Assembly: GCA_937625935.1 (NCBI GenBank)
Contig: OW569370.1
Location: forward strand, 372,001-436,000
Length of the DNA: 64,000 nt
Direction of reading: 5' to 3'
Source of the DNA: Tetramitus jugosus
Taxonomy: Eukaryota > Protista > Heterolobosea
The translations under genes and the position numbers were made by a program. Below the pieces are notes generated by a model that saw only the letters and a program-made list of their open reading frames with translations, did not search any database and was not told the origin of the DNA. Below are positions 21,161 through 34,897 of the stretch, piece by piece (position 1 is the stretch's first letter; every line of letters begins with the position of its first letter).

Positions 21161-22398
21161 GTTGTTTGTTGATTGATTGTGTTGTATTGATCGATGTGCT
21201 TGTCGTGTGTTTTGGTTGTGTGCACGAGAGTTTCGTCGATCTGGACTCGCTCAAAATGCGAACTGTGTGGTTTTTCCGTAATCTGTGCATTGTTCAATGA
21301 TTCATCGGAAAGGCTCATTTTTGTTGTTGCTGCATTTATTAGGGCATCGATTCATCTCCATTCGGGATACGTAAATCATTACTTCACCTTTGATTGGTTC
21401 CTTTCTTTGTGTATGTTTGCAGGAGGTATTGTATCTACTAAAGAATGTTCAAAGTACGGAGCAACAATTCCAATAGTGACACAAAGAGCGACTTTCACCG
21501 GCGACTCGAGCTGGAAGGGAGTAGGGAGATGAGATGTGGGAGACGAGCTGGGAGTAGGTGCACAATTATTATTCAATTTCTTAAATTCAAGGAGATTCAC
21601 TTCTTGATTCATCAAAAGCTTCATCCGATCACATGTACGCGCTTGAGAGAAATGATAGAGAGTCACGTCGTTGACACCTTGCGTGAGTTGGGCATCTTTC
21701 ATATTGGGAGATGTATTTAAAGTAATCCCAAGTCCACGAACTCCAAAACCGGCAGAAGCATACTGGATGGTATCGGAGAAGGTGAGATGTCATGGCAGTA
21801 GACGCGGAAGTTGAAGAAGATTGCACGAAATATTTTGGGCATCGTTTTCTCCGGTCGGACTTTTTCGCTGTTTGACAGATGATGGTTCAAATCGCGTCGA
21901 AGGATTACGCCATAAAAGTGAGGATTCTCAACTTGGTGTGAAGAGAATCTGCCTTCCCCTGCTGCAGCAAAAAGGATGGCTGTTGGAAATCCTACACTTG
22001 CACAAAGAGAAAAATTCAGTTCATTTCTTTCAGGAAACAACAACAAGAAAGTTCAAGTATTTCATAGTTGCGCCAGTCAGTAACAGTCAAAGGTCAAAGC
22101 TCCCAGCTGAACTGTCAAGACATTCACGAATCATAAATTTGTTGACCACACAACAAATCATCAATCACTTCACAACAGCACAAAAAATAATTGGAACGCA
22201 ACGCAACACCATTCATCCAACACGCACACAGAAACATATCCAACATACCAACACACAAACACACAAACAAAAAGCGTACACTCATACACTCAAAATACGA
22301 CGTGGCAGTTTGATAGATTCACATAATCTTCTTTCACCATACAACACCATACAGCAATTTTGTATTTTTTCTTTTTCATCCTCATCATCAATATATAA

Positions 22399-25300
22399 AT
22401 GACAAAGCCTACAACAACAACAACAACAGCAACGACGGCCACCAACACGACATCGACCACTGCTTCCTCATCATACACAAACGATGGTGAAATATTTGAA
22501 GAGTTGGCTCATGAGTTTGCCACATTGAACAACAGTTTCACTGAAACATTGTCCATGTACATGGATGATGACGATGATGATGATGACGATGACGATATGG
22601 TCAATGATGAGTATGTTGATGCTTCCATGGATCGAAAAACCAACATTCGAAGTCACAACATCAACAACCGTGAGAACAACAAGAGCAGCATCAACACACA
22701 CAATAGCAACAGAAACAGAAGCACGAGCGATGTGACAACAGCTACCAATACAGCCACAGATGACGATGACTCTCAATTGCACTACCAAGACTATGACACA
22801 CAATTCATTAGACAGTATCAATTACACAAGTTATCATCTTCAATGTCTTCTTCTCATCACTTGTTGAAGAACAGCAGCAGCAGTAGTAGTCATGCATTGT
22901 TAACAACAGAACAACAACAACAACAACAACATGATGATCGTTCACCTACGACGACATTCTCCACCGCATCCATTCTCAACCATTCATTCAATGTTCCTCC
23001 AGTCATGGACATTTCAGCCAACATTCACATCATGAACTACAATGATAGTCACAGTAACAACAATAGTCCACGTGTCATGAACTCTTCTCCATCCCCTAGT
23101 CTCAGTGTCATGAATCAAATTATCATTGATCAACAACAACAGCAACAACAACAGACAACAACAACAACAACAGCAAGTACTCATCGAAAACATCAAACAA
23201 ACAATAACAATAACAATAGTAGTAGTAGTAGTAGTTTGATGCTTGATAATGTAAAGTATGTGGATCACACGAGTGATGATTGTGGTGGATCAGATTCTGA
23301 TTCAGATTGCACTACTGATACGTGCAGTGTTGGTGAAGTGGAGACATTGGTACTGAATACAGATGATGCAGGTGATGTGCATCAAACAACAACAACAACA
23401 ACAACCGACACTAGTGTGATCAGTAGTAATAATAATAATAATAATAGTAGTAATAGACGACTGACGACCAATAATATTAATCTTGCTACGAGTAGTGACG
23501 CAGTATCATCAGCATCTGCATCATCATTGCTATCATCTTCGATATCATCACCAAAATCACATCACATTCAACTGAATCAACACTCGTATCTACAGATTGC
23601 AGAACAGGCACCAGTGATCCAAATGGGTGATTTAGTGTTGAGACGATACAACAATTTTTTCAACAAGAAATTCTATCGACAATCATCACTGGCATCGTCA
23701 TCTACAACAACGACGACAACAACGACAACATCACCATCGCCCTTATTATCACCCTCGTTATCATCTCAAAAACCGCAACAACAACATGGTACTACCACTA
23801 CTCCTCATTCGTCTGTCAGTAGAAATTCAATCAGTGGTACTAGCAGTAGTAGCAGCAGCAGTGGTGGAGGCAGTAGCGGAAATTTGTTTCAAAAGGCATC
23901 GAGCAGTGGTTCACCCATTCTTCGACACATGCGATCTCGTAGCTCAGAAAACTTTGCACTCAAGAGCAATCATGGCAGTGGTACTCACTCTCATCAGCCA
24001 TCCTATGAAAATATGATTTTGCAGTTCAATAGCAACAATAGCAGCAGCAGTGGTAATACTAGTGGTAATCAAGGTGGTGTTCAAGGAAGTCCAAGTAGCA
24101 AGACATCAACATCATTGCCATCTTCTCCTTCACCTCTGCTATCATCTGTTGCTTCTTCACCAACGCAGTCACCTCTCACTTCTCCGCGGTCAAATAACAA
24201 CAACAATGGCACTCCGACGGCAACACCAACGACGAGTAGTTTGAGTCATTTTGGTGGTGGTGATTTCAGTCATGGCAGAGATGCACTGACGTACAACTTG
24301 CTTGAAACGAGGGATCAATTGCCGAATCATGTTGGTATTACCATTGATTATTTGACTCAGGATCTCGTACTGGTGGATGAGAATATGACAACGATGCGTC
24401 ACGCTTCTCACTCCAAGTCGTATGTGTCCACATCGTCCTATTCTTCTCCCAGGTCCCGAACTCATGTCCAACGTCGATCCAAAACCATTAATCATGCTTC
24501 ATCGCAATCCAACTCGACTTCTCTCTTCTTGTCGCAAGTATCGTCAGGTGGAGCATCCTCTTCATCATCAATGATGAAGAGTGAGATTGAGTTTGATTTC
24601 GATTCACAGTCCGATACTTCAGAATCGAACTCTGTGACCCCGAATGATGAATGTTTGTCCCCCATGAGTGACAGTCAATCCATCATGGCTGGACCATCTC
24701 TCTCATCACTTGTATCATCCTCTGGAAGTGGAAGCATTATGCAAGTGATGCCCGCTCAAGCATCATCCATGGCTGTTCCGCCATTGTCTCTGGGAGGTAA
24801 TGCGAGTGGTGGTGCAAACAGTGCATCATTTACACAACAACAACAGCAGCAATCTCAACAGGCACAACCATCGCAAAAGCCTGTTAAAGAGAAGAAGGGT
24901 CGATTTGAGAAGCTTTCAAAGATCCGTAAGGGCGTATCCATGGAGAACATGACAGGCAGGAACATTTCCTTGACAAGCTTGGCCCATTTAACTTCATCAT
25001 CCGCCAACAAATTAGGATCATTCAGCATCACACAGGATCATCACAATAATAATGATGAACCATCATCAGCCAGTAGTGGTTCAGGTAAGCGGAAACGAGG
25101 CTTGTGGCTGCCTTCTCAATCCGATTCAAGCAACAAGAACACTCAGCAGCAACCATCCTCATCCTCTAATTTTCTATCGGCTCAAAGTTCAGCCACAACT
25201 CTGTCGACCACCAAACTGACAAAATCTGTGTCGTTGAACTCGATTGCGGAGCGGTGGCGTGAGGAAGATGAAGATGATACGATTGAAAAATTAGTGAGCA

Positions 25301-28300
25301 CGGATATCAAGAGTGCAAAGCGCAAGTTGACAACATATATCGTATGTATCCATGATGTGTTTTTATTTAAACGAGTGTGATCAAAAATGCAAGAACAAAG
25401 TTTGCTCACACATATTCAACTTTAGGAAAATGTGGATACGGATCCATACTGTGCGTTGGCGACATTTGAGGAGACATTCCCTGTATCTGACATGAAGAAG
25501 GAGATGCACTTGGATATGGAACCTCAGGACATGTTTTTAAATAATTTTGTTTATTCACGTGATGAGTATGTATCGAGATAGACATTTGTCTATTTTCTAT
25601 TTTCTATTTTGTTGATGGTGCTGTTGTTCTCACAAATACTTCAATCCGAAATTGTAATCAACAATAGATATGAGGATCTTTATCTTTTATTTGAGCCAAG
25701 GAAGTTTGAACTTGACGCTGTAAGAGCTGTTTCACAAGATACTGAGAAGCTGTATTGCTCTGCGACTCTCTTTGAACTCAATGGTTCCTCGTTCGTGCGA
25801 CTCACTGAAACATTTAATTTTGAACTCATGACCGAAAAACCAAAACGAGCATTGTTTAAAGTCAAAAGAGGAGCTGATCTGTCGACCGTGTACCTATTTT
25901 GCATGTATTATCGACCGTTCAAGGGAGAGTATAATGAATCGATGAACGATATTTATATGAAGGGAGAGAAAGCCAAGGCAAAGGACGTACTATCCTTCTG
26001 TTCCTCTTCCAAGCAAAAGTACTTCTCTGCACTTCAATCTATTAAGTCTCCCTTCGGATACAGTGCATGTTGTTTGGAGCCAGTAACATCTACAACTGAG
26101 ATCGACGTTCCTATCTTCTTAGTGAATCCAAGACATCAAGGTGAAGCATCACCAGAGAGTCTGCTCGTTTGGCACGTGCATGAAACGCCCAACAAAAAAC
26201 TGAAATCAATACCTGGCCGTTTTATTATATCTGTGTCAGAACTGACGAGATTTGGATTGAATGCACAGAGAGAAATTGATCCACTCACGTTTGAAACTAT
26301 TGTTGAGAAGAATAATGGTCAACGTGTGCGAGCATCAGAGAAGGGAAGGTTAAAGTGCTTCAAGAACGATTTGATCGGTCTGCACAACTTTTTGTACATT
26401 CATCCCTTGTCATTCAAGGGAACAAATAACTCTGATCACAAGTGTATTCAAATTGGAGCTGCTTTCCACCAGTCAGACGCCCACTCGTTACCAATGCCAT
26501 CCTTTATCAATCCATTTTCAGCTCATCCTGATTCCTTGGACACGATGGGATACACGAGCTGTACATACAAGAACCGAAGTCCTGATTTTTCGTCAGAGAT
26601 CAAGTGTTTACTTCCCAGTCAGATGACAACTCGTCATCATTTCATCTTTTATGTGTACAACATTGCTTCTAAGGAGAAACAGTTGTCAAAGCATGCCAAC
26701 GGCAGAGAGTTTATTGGATATTGTACCTTGCCTGTTATGGTGAGCGACAATGCATTGATTAATGATGGTGAATATGTGTTGGATTTCTATCCTGACACAA
26801 AACCACCAATTGCCAACTATCTCTCTGAGAAACCAAAGGTTGTCATTGAAAAAGCCTTCAAATTACGGGTGTCATCTGCTGCTCTTGCCTATCCAGACAC
26901 AAGCTTGAGTCAGATTTTGTCTGTGGTCAACAGAGACATGTCTGCCTTCACAAACTTTGCTAGTTTGGCGAATCAGATCTCCAATTTGTCGTATCATTTG
27001 CTCCCGATCAGTCCTGTTATAATAATTCAAATGCTCAACTACTTGAGTCGACAAACGATCAAGGCGAAAATGTTTGAAATTTTGGAAGTTATTATGTTGA
27101 TTATTGACCGTACTCGGAGAGAAAGACCTACAATCTTGCAAAACTTTATCAAGTATCATCTGAGATCAGGTCAATTTTGCCACTCTCTCGTCAATGCTAT
27201 CAGATTGTATATTATCGATGACACAGTCAATGTTGATCTTTGGCTGCCTAACTTTGGTACATTGTTCTCGATCCTGCTGAAATCTATGGCTGTGAAGGTG
27301 GCAGAAGAAAAGCAGAATGCTTTCTCGCTGGACTTCTATAGCTCCATTGGATATCTAGCTGAGAATGTTGTGTTATTCCTGCAGAGAGCCATGGAAAGAA
27401 AGGAGACAGTCAAAACAAAAATCGTCAACTCAATTTTCTCGAGCTTCTTGAGACAAGTTCTATCATTTATGGACAAACAGTTTGTTGTTACAACAGCCGC
27501 TAGATATCTAGAATTAATTGGTGAGATAGATACCATTGCTCAGAAGAATGACTCATTCAGATCTCAGCAAACCATTGTCGAAATGAGGTTATTGTTCTTC
27601 GAAGAATTTTTCGCAGGAGATAGTTACATGAGCTTGTTCTTTGCCGAACAAGAAACCGTCGATACCATTGTTCTGGACAAGAGTAATGCATTCCTCGTAT
27701 TTTCACTCTATATTGATTTGGTTCTGAAGTACTTGGTAGATCCAGCCCATAGTATCCGTCGAAGAGCTGTCACCTTCTTGCGCTCATTCTTCGTCAAAAT
27801 GTGCCTGAATGACAGAAAGGATAGTAGAACGACTGGCATCCTTCTGTTTGAATTTATATCCAAGTTCCTGGACAAGATGAGCGAATGGAAGAGTATTGGC
27901 GATGCTGATCGAAAGAAAACATATGACTCTATCACTTCCGCCAAGAAAAACCTTACTCACATTGCGAACAAACTAGTTGCCAAGAAGGAGCAGCTTGGTA
28001 CACTCCAAGATATTTACAGAGGGGATGGAGCTACGAATCAATTGTTCAAAAAGATTAGTAGGGAGATCAAGTCGTTGGAGATTGCAAAATCGCAGTTAGC
28101 ATCCCAGATTGCTAACTCTGAGCACGAGCTGCAGAAGTTCCAACAGAGATACCTCGAAGAGAGAAGACAACTACTAATATGTGTTTCTCATGCACTCGAG
28201 TGTTGCCTGTATAATCATGAGAAAGCCTTTGGGCAGTTCTGTACTCTTCAGGCCGATAATTCAAATAAGCTCTGTCTGTTGCTAATGAGTCTTCAGTTGA

Positions 28301-31089
28301 TGCTTCAAGCGTTTGAGTATGAAGGAACTAGTGCCCTATCGAAGAAATTTGAATCAATGCACTCAAAACTGTTGCATATCCCATTGATACCTCCTCTGAC
28401 TCTGTCCCTACCAACCAGAACCAGAAAGAATAGTACTGGATCTGCTCCTAACTCTGGTAGAGCAAGTAAAGATAGTAGTAGTAGTAATGGTAGTACTACA
28501 CCAAGGAGACGGGGCACACTTCAACAACATATTAGCAAGATATTCGGAGGTGATGCAAACGCAGCTCCTGCTGCCAATTCTCAACCAACGACTCAACCTA
28601 CCATTTCAGCACCAAAGGCTCCAAAACGGAAACCTTCGATGATGCCTTCTCAATTTAACAATGTAGTCGCTTCTCAACCGCTTAAGGAGAGAGCAGAGTA
28701 CGTGAGCGACAACATCTACAACATGCAATATCTTTCCGAGAGAATAAGCATGATTGTGTTGAGAGTACTGGTGTTAATAATCGAGAAAAACCATGAGACA
28801 CTGAAAGTACATGCCGATGAAGGTAATATGACAGCGTTAATGGATAATATTGTCCGTACTCTGTTGAACTTTTTGTTCCTCAATCAGAGCAAGTATGTGC
28901 TTCAAGCCATATTGTCTTACATGAGAAACTTTTTGAGTGAATTCAAAAACCTTGTGCTATGTGAGGAGTACTGCAGCTATGCTATTCCTCTTTGTGAAGC
29001 TCTCATGAGAATTTGCAACTCCAAGTTTGCATCAGTCCGCAAGTATACTACTGCACTTCTCTATCTCTTTGTTAAGTTCTACTACACCAGTAATCAAAAT
29101 AATATGGATGGTTGTAGAGTGGCAACGTTCTTGGCATTGTCTAGGACTCTTCAATATACCACTCCTGTGGCAAATTACCTTGATGAAGCCATCGAACACA
29201 TTTACAAGTATGCCACAAGTGACACTGATGCACCTGAAGTTGAAAAGAGTACACCTCTTCGATCAAAGATACAAACTGTGCAAACCGAAGAGAACAACAA
29301 TCAATCGGAGCAAGTGAACGAATTTTCTCAAGAGATACAAAAGTTGACTGATGATCTGAGAACTCTCTTAAAGGATACTATCAGTATTACAACTGCGAGT
29401 GCCAAGAAGGATACAACACACAACAGGGAAGACATGTACTATCGAATTGCTACGCTGTACAAGAATATTCCAGAGTTGTCGATTGAGTGGTTCCAACAAC
29501 TCATTGCCTATCACAAGAATGTGAATCAGCATGCGGAAGCAGCACAATGCTACTTACAGATTATTTCGATTGTGTTTGACATTCTATCTCAAAATAATAG
29601 TCCAATACTGAGAGGAGTTCCGATTCGTGACTTTTTCAATGTGTCACCCAACATCTCGCTTTCTGGCACTTCTCTACGAAGACAACCCCCAAAAATACCT
29701 AGTTCTTGGGAGTTCACTGAAGAGGGTATAATCTCTATCTTAAAATCAACCTTGGATATGTTCGAGAGTGCTGAGCACAATGAATCTGCTCTCCATGTAT
29801 TTGCACTGCTCGTTCCATTGTTGCAAAGGAACGATATGTGGGGAGAACTCGTTTTGCTTTCGAGTGGCCAAATGACCCATATCTATCAACGAATAGAGCA
29901 ATACGCTCAAGAGAAGAATCAATTATTCCCAAGGTACTACCGCTTCAATTTCATCGGGGACAATTGGCCTGAAAACATGAGGGATAAGCAATTCATTTAC
30001 AAGATGCCAAATATCTTAAAACTAGGTAACATTAAGCAATTCATTCTCGATACTTTTGGTGACAATGTCAAGCTTATCAAAGATGTAGGAAGAGTTGATA
30101 AGTCTAGTCTGGATCCTAGTCATCGCTTCGTACAGGTCACGAATGTAAAGCCGTACATTCCAGACGATAGTCATGATCCAAGTGATTTTGATGGGCTTGA
30201 ACAAGAAGCACCTAGTCCATCAAAGAGAAGAGTCTCATTTGGTGGACTGTCTCACGTTATTGGTGCTAAGCGCCTTTACTTTGATAGAGACAGTGAACGC
30301 AGTTTTGTTCGATCTCGCTCTGAATTTGATCGCAATCACAACTTCAATACCTTTTATTATAGAACATCATTTACGAAAGGAAGTACAAAATTATCGGATG
30401 ACATTACTGAAGTGTATACCCGCAAAGTGATTCTAGTGCTTGCTCACGCGTTCCCATTTGTTAAAACTCGGCAACAAGTAATCACAACAGAGGAAATTAC
30501 GCTTACCCCTATTGAGGCTGCAATTGAAAACATAATAGAGCAAAATAGGAAGCTGGAAGAAGCTCTCTATACCAGTCCTCCAGATGTTCTGCACTTACAA
30601 ACAGTTCTAAAGGGCGGATTGGCACCAGAGGTTAATGGAGGTGTCGAAGATGTAGTCAGAGCCTTCTTGTCAGAGGACAGACGTTCCAACTATGAACTGA
30701 GATATCTTCAAAAACTCAGTCAAAAGTGCTATATCTTTGTTCAATTGTGTAAGTTGGCAGTGCGCGTTCACTCTGAGTACGCAGGACAAAACTATCGGCA
30801 ATATGATCACCTGTTCAGTCAAAAACTGCAAACTTTGAATCATGTAGTCCAATCGAACCTCTACCTACCGAACAACCACCAAACCAAGAACACGAGACAG
30901 TTAGTCGAATTGCAAAACTTTTTGAAGAAGAATTTGGCCTATGCCAGCATCATTGAGAATATGGATGAGGCTGGCACTGATCTGAACTCTTGCATCAGCC
31001 CTTCAGCCCGTGGAATACGTTCCAGCGCAAGACACAGCTATCGTTTTTCCATTCCACAAGAACAGATCAACAAGAGACTGCACTTCTAG
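22399..31089 (+). CDS. DOCK-family Rho/Rac/Cdc42 GEF (DOCK-C/D, zizimin-like), 3 exons, about 2834 aa
   Basis: Exons 22399-25341, 25426-25565 and 25668-31089. Introns 25342-25425 and 25566-25667, both GTATGT...TAG, preserve the frame. DHR1/C2 motifs NFLYIHPLS and SPDFSSEIKCLLP...HHFIFYVYNI. DHR2 motifs HAEAAQC, YYRFNFIG, FIYK, FPFVKTRQ, LTPIEAAIE, LQTVLKGGLAPEVNGG. Confidence 0.88.
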
Positions 31090-31312
31090 AAGACATTGAC
31101 ACAACGGTGTGCATAAAACAACATCTAAAAACAACAATACTTATTCTATCATCATCTCACTACACACTCCTCTCATCACAAAAACCAACAGATTGTTGAG
31201 CTGCGAGAGTGGAGAATCAATCATATGATTGAAATAATTTACATTTAATGTTAAAAGTAATGACGGGACGAGAAAAAAGAGGAAGAGCTTATTTTTGAAC
31301 GAGTCTCTCGTT

Positions 31313-32056
31313 CTAATCGCTTACAGACAGTGTTTGTCTTGTTCTGTAGGTTTCTCCTGTCGTACACCTCACTGGTGTGTTCTCTCCCAGTTGCAAGAAC
31401 CTTCTATGTCTCTTTTGAACTCCTTTGTTTGATGACTTGGATGGAAATGGAGAAATCGAGCTGTTACGAGTTTGAGATTGTCGTGATGTTTCGCTCATTG
31501 GCACATAATGGAGGAACTTGAATTTTGGAGACTCATGCCCACGGATACAGAGCTTTCTTTGGAATGGATTCTGAGTGGCAAGAAATTGTTGCTCTTGGAG
31601 GGTCATGGAAAAGAGCTGATTCAGTGTTTGAACTGTGTCAGGACTCAACTCTTTCTCACTCTTTGATTCCACTTTGTTGACCAAGAACCAAACACTCCTT
31701 CTCCTTTGATCTTGTGCCAATTGGTAGGGCCACCTACCAATACCCAACTGATAAAATCTTCTCTTGAGTGTGGACAAGGAAACACCCAACTTTTGGGCAG
31801 CGAAACGCTGTGGACAGTCAAAGTACTTGGCCATTTCTGGCTTTGTGATTTGAATTCTGTTGCGGAAGGATGTTGGTTTGGACGGATTCATGGCGCGAGA
31901 GGAAACAAAGAATGGTCTTTCACATGTAGAGGAACTGATCGAGCCATGATCTTCTGCATATGTGATCGTTGGTTCGGTGGCTTGTCGTTGTAGCCGAGGC
32001 TCTGCTAGCAATGGATTGATTTCGATTTCATTGGTGGTAGGAATGGTGGTGTTCAT
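31313..32056 (-). CDS. RWP-RK domain transcription factor
   Basis: ITKPEMAKYFDCPQRFAAQKLGVSLSTLKRRFYQLGIGRWPY matches the RWP-RK domain. Likely start is MNTTIP at 32056; an upstream in-frame ATG is possible. Confidence 0.88.
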   Translation of the reverse strand: MNTTIPTTNEIEINPLLAEPRLQRQATEPTITYAEDHGSISSSTCERPFFVSSRAMNPSKPTSFRNRIQITKPEMAKYFDCPQRFAAQKLGVSLSTLKRRFYQLGIGRWPYQLAQDQRRRSVWFLVNKVESKSEKELSPDTVQTLNQLFSMTLQEQQFLATQNPFQRKLCIRGHESPKFKFLHYVPMSETSRQSQTRNSSISPFPSKSSNKGVQKRHRRFLQLGENTPVRCTTGETYRTRQTLSVSD

Positions 32057-32534
32057 GATTACAAGGGACTGGATAGTTTTAAGGTTTATTGTTTTCTTGT
32101 AGATAATCCCTCGTGGTTTCTCAGTTAGTGGATGTTTGTGACCTCGTATCGGTATAACAACGAACCTGTCAACAACCGGAAACATCGATGTCAACCTAAG
32201 TCGCTTTAACAGAAGCTCTCAAAAGGAGAGCTGCTCTTTTCGTAAATTTTCGCGCCATTGATCTTTCAACAATCGGTTCTTGAATTTCTGAAACCAGATC
32301 GTCAAATGAATGACGATTCACGTGCATGTTTGACCCGTTCGCTCTCCTTTCAAATCAAGACCAAATTGCTCCTTTTGACGACCTGTTTGGCCTCAGGACA
32401 GATTTCTCGTTTGATCTGTGAAGTGGCTCAAGTATCCTTTCGCAGAACATTCTTAATTCAAGATTTGACCTTCAACTAAATCAATAAACATCAATGTCAC
32501 TGGGTTCACACGTTGAATCAATAAAATGGTTGAT

Positions 32535-34630
32535 TTATTCGACATTGCAAAACTTTTGAGCATTTCTGATAAAGTAATCTCCAAAGTGTCTGAAGACCTT
32601 CTCAGAACCAACAGAAACTTCGGCATTGCCTTGCTTATTATCAGTTAATACAAATTGAACTTCAACATCATCAGGTGCTGCGACGTTACTGGCAGGTGCA
32701 ATGGTCAGTCTGTGGATGGACTTGTGCTTCAAGCTATGGCACAAATCACGCAACTGAGAATCAGATGTTTCAGCAGCATTTGCATCAGCAGATTTGATTT
32801 GCTTGCTCAAGACCTTCAAGTCAGTTTGAGTGAACAATCTGATCCAACTCTTGACTGGACACAGTTGAGCCATGTGAGCCACTTCTCCCTGCTTGACAAA
32901 CAGTCTGACAAACTTGGCTGGGTTGTCATCGGCGACATCAATGGATGGATTGATTAACTTTGGAGCACAGTACACCAAAATCTCTTCGACAACAGGAATA
33001 TATTCATTGGTGCCGTTGATCATGGATCCATAAATCTTGTTCATCTTGTCACCAAACTTCTCTCTCAAATTGACTCTCACAGATTCTTCCAATCTAAAGT
33101 TACCAGGCAATGACTTGCTAGTAAAGACGATAAAAACGCCTGCATAACTCTGAGAGTTACCAGTGAGCATCAACACGCTCAATGCCAACAATCCATAGCA
33201 TTGCTCGGACATTTTTGCAACAAATTCGTTTTGGAATGACAAATCACTAGCACCCTTGTTGTTCGACAAGTATCGGTTCAAATAGACGAGCAACAAATTC
33301 AACAAACGAACTGCAGAGTAGTACTTTCCTGATGCCAAACAGCAAAAAGTGTAAAAGTAGAAGAGTGTTACGTGGCATGCAATCACTCTACTGTAAATGT
33401 ACTCGTTGAAGAAGATGCGAGAGGATCTTCCGACAGAGGCATCAGAGCCAAACAATGGAATGGCACTCACAGATTCCAATGCAGTCGCAAAATCACCCAA
33501 CATGGTATGAACACGCAACAGACCAATCATTGAATAGTAACCGAGCATAGTCAAAGTGTGTGTTTTTCCAGCCTTCAACAAATCCAAGCTAAATGAATAC
33601 ATTTTCACAAAAAACAAATGTGATGAAAAAAGAATCACGTGTCAATACAAAACATTCACACTTTTCATTTCACAAGAGATGTCATACATCAAACACAAAA
33701 TACAAAAAAAACCGTCTTGTATCCATCTACTGTGGAGAGACGAGGAATCATAATAATAAAAAAAGAGCAAAACAACATACCTCTTTTGTTGTGCAGATGT
33801 CAACAATTTCTCAATTTGAGAAACTTGAACAAGCTTCTCCAAAATGGTCAAAACATCTCTCACGTGCCACACCTTTTCCAACTCTTCCTTCTGAGCAGTT
33901 GAAGCAACACTCTTCTTTTGTCTGTATTGACAAAAAGTTTGAAAGTTGTAGAGGAATTCATCCATCAAATCCCACAGCCACTCATTTGGCAAATCAAAAG
34001 AGAATTCTCCATTCATGACCTTGTTGAATAGTTGAGTGTACAGTTGGAAGGCATGGACACGAACTTCCAAACCAATCTTGTTGCCCAATCGACCACACAT
34101 GTGTCTCACTCTCATAATGTCATACAACAGACCAAAATTCTCATCTATAGATTATTCATCCCATTATCATTATAATAAAACATGATCAAAATTCATCATC
34201 AACAATAGCAACCATATCAATTGGAATGGTCGACAAAAATCACAACAGCAAAATCATCAATCAATAGCAGCAGTAGCAAGCAGAAAAATGGTCAGAAAAA
34301 TCTCACACATGTCATAAAAAAGCAATACCAACAACGACAACAACAATGAACAAACAATAAAAAAAACATACCATTGTTCACAAGTGGGAGAATGACCTCA
34401 ACGGTAGGCCAATTGGCATTCTTGTACACTCTTTCAGTGTGCTTATTGAATTGAATGTTGTAATAATTTAAGATCTGTGTCTCTGTTCTTGTTCGAATTC
34501 CGCTGGTTTGTTCATTGGTGTTGGCTGAGCGATTCAATGCCTCAGAAAAGCCAACGATGAAATCTTTGACTGGCTTATCGAGTGGTGGTTCTTGGTGGGT
34601 CTTTGGTTGTTGAGTCTTTGTTGACGACAT
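32535..34630 (-). CDS. EIF3L: Eukaryotic translation initiation factor 3 subunit L (3 exons, about 558 aa)
   Basis: Exons 34630-34372, 34144-33781 and 33588-32535; introns 34371-34145 and 33780-33589 are GTATGT...TAG. Motifs FNKHTERVYKNANWP, FDLPNEWLWDLMDEFLYNFQTFCQYR, LGYYSMIGLLRVHTMLGDF, FGDYFIRN. Confidence 0.92.
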
Positions 34631-34897
34631 GATGATGATGTTGTTGTGTGTTGTGGTTTGTTTGTCAGTGTGTGAAGACCTGCTGTGATTTTGTGTTTTT
34701 TTTGTCATAAAACGCCGATCGATGAACAATCATTTTGTTGATCTTCTGTGTGGGGAGTGTGAAATCCTCCAACACAGTGGAATGTGGTTCAATTCTGGTT
34801 TTGTCTTGATCGAACGAATACATTGAGAAAGAACATTTACAAACAAATACAAGGATTTTATATTGAGATATGTATGCTGCGGTACAAAAAGATTCAT

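Noticed and set aside
21821-22402. 193-aa + strand ORF ending at the DOCK start
   Set aside because: It has a non-ATG start and no recognisable motif, and its 3' half is the stop-poor CA-rich leader of DOCK.
25342-25667. Apparent break between the 993-aa and 1826-aa ORFs (two genes, a pseudogene or stop readthrough)
   Set aside because: Two canonical GTATGT...TAG introns with CTCAC branch-like motifs remove both stops and keep the frame.
33589-34371. Intron-encoded snoRNAs in the two longer EIF3L introns
   Set aside because: In intron 1 the CTGA precedes the TGATGA, which is the wrong order for a C/D box RNA. Intron 2 has one small hairpin but no H/ACA layout.
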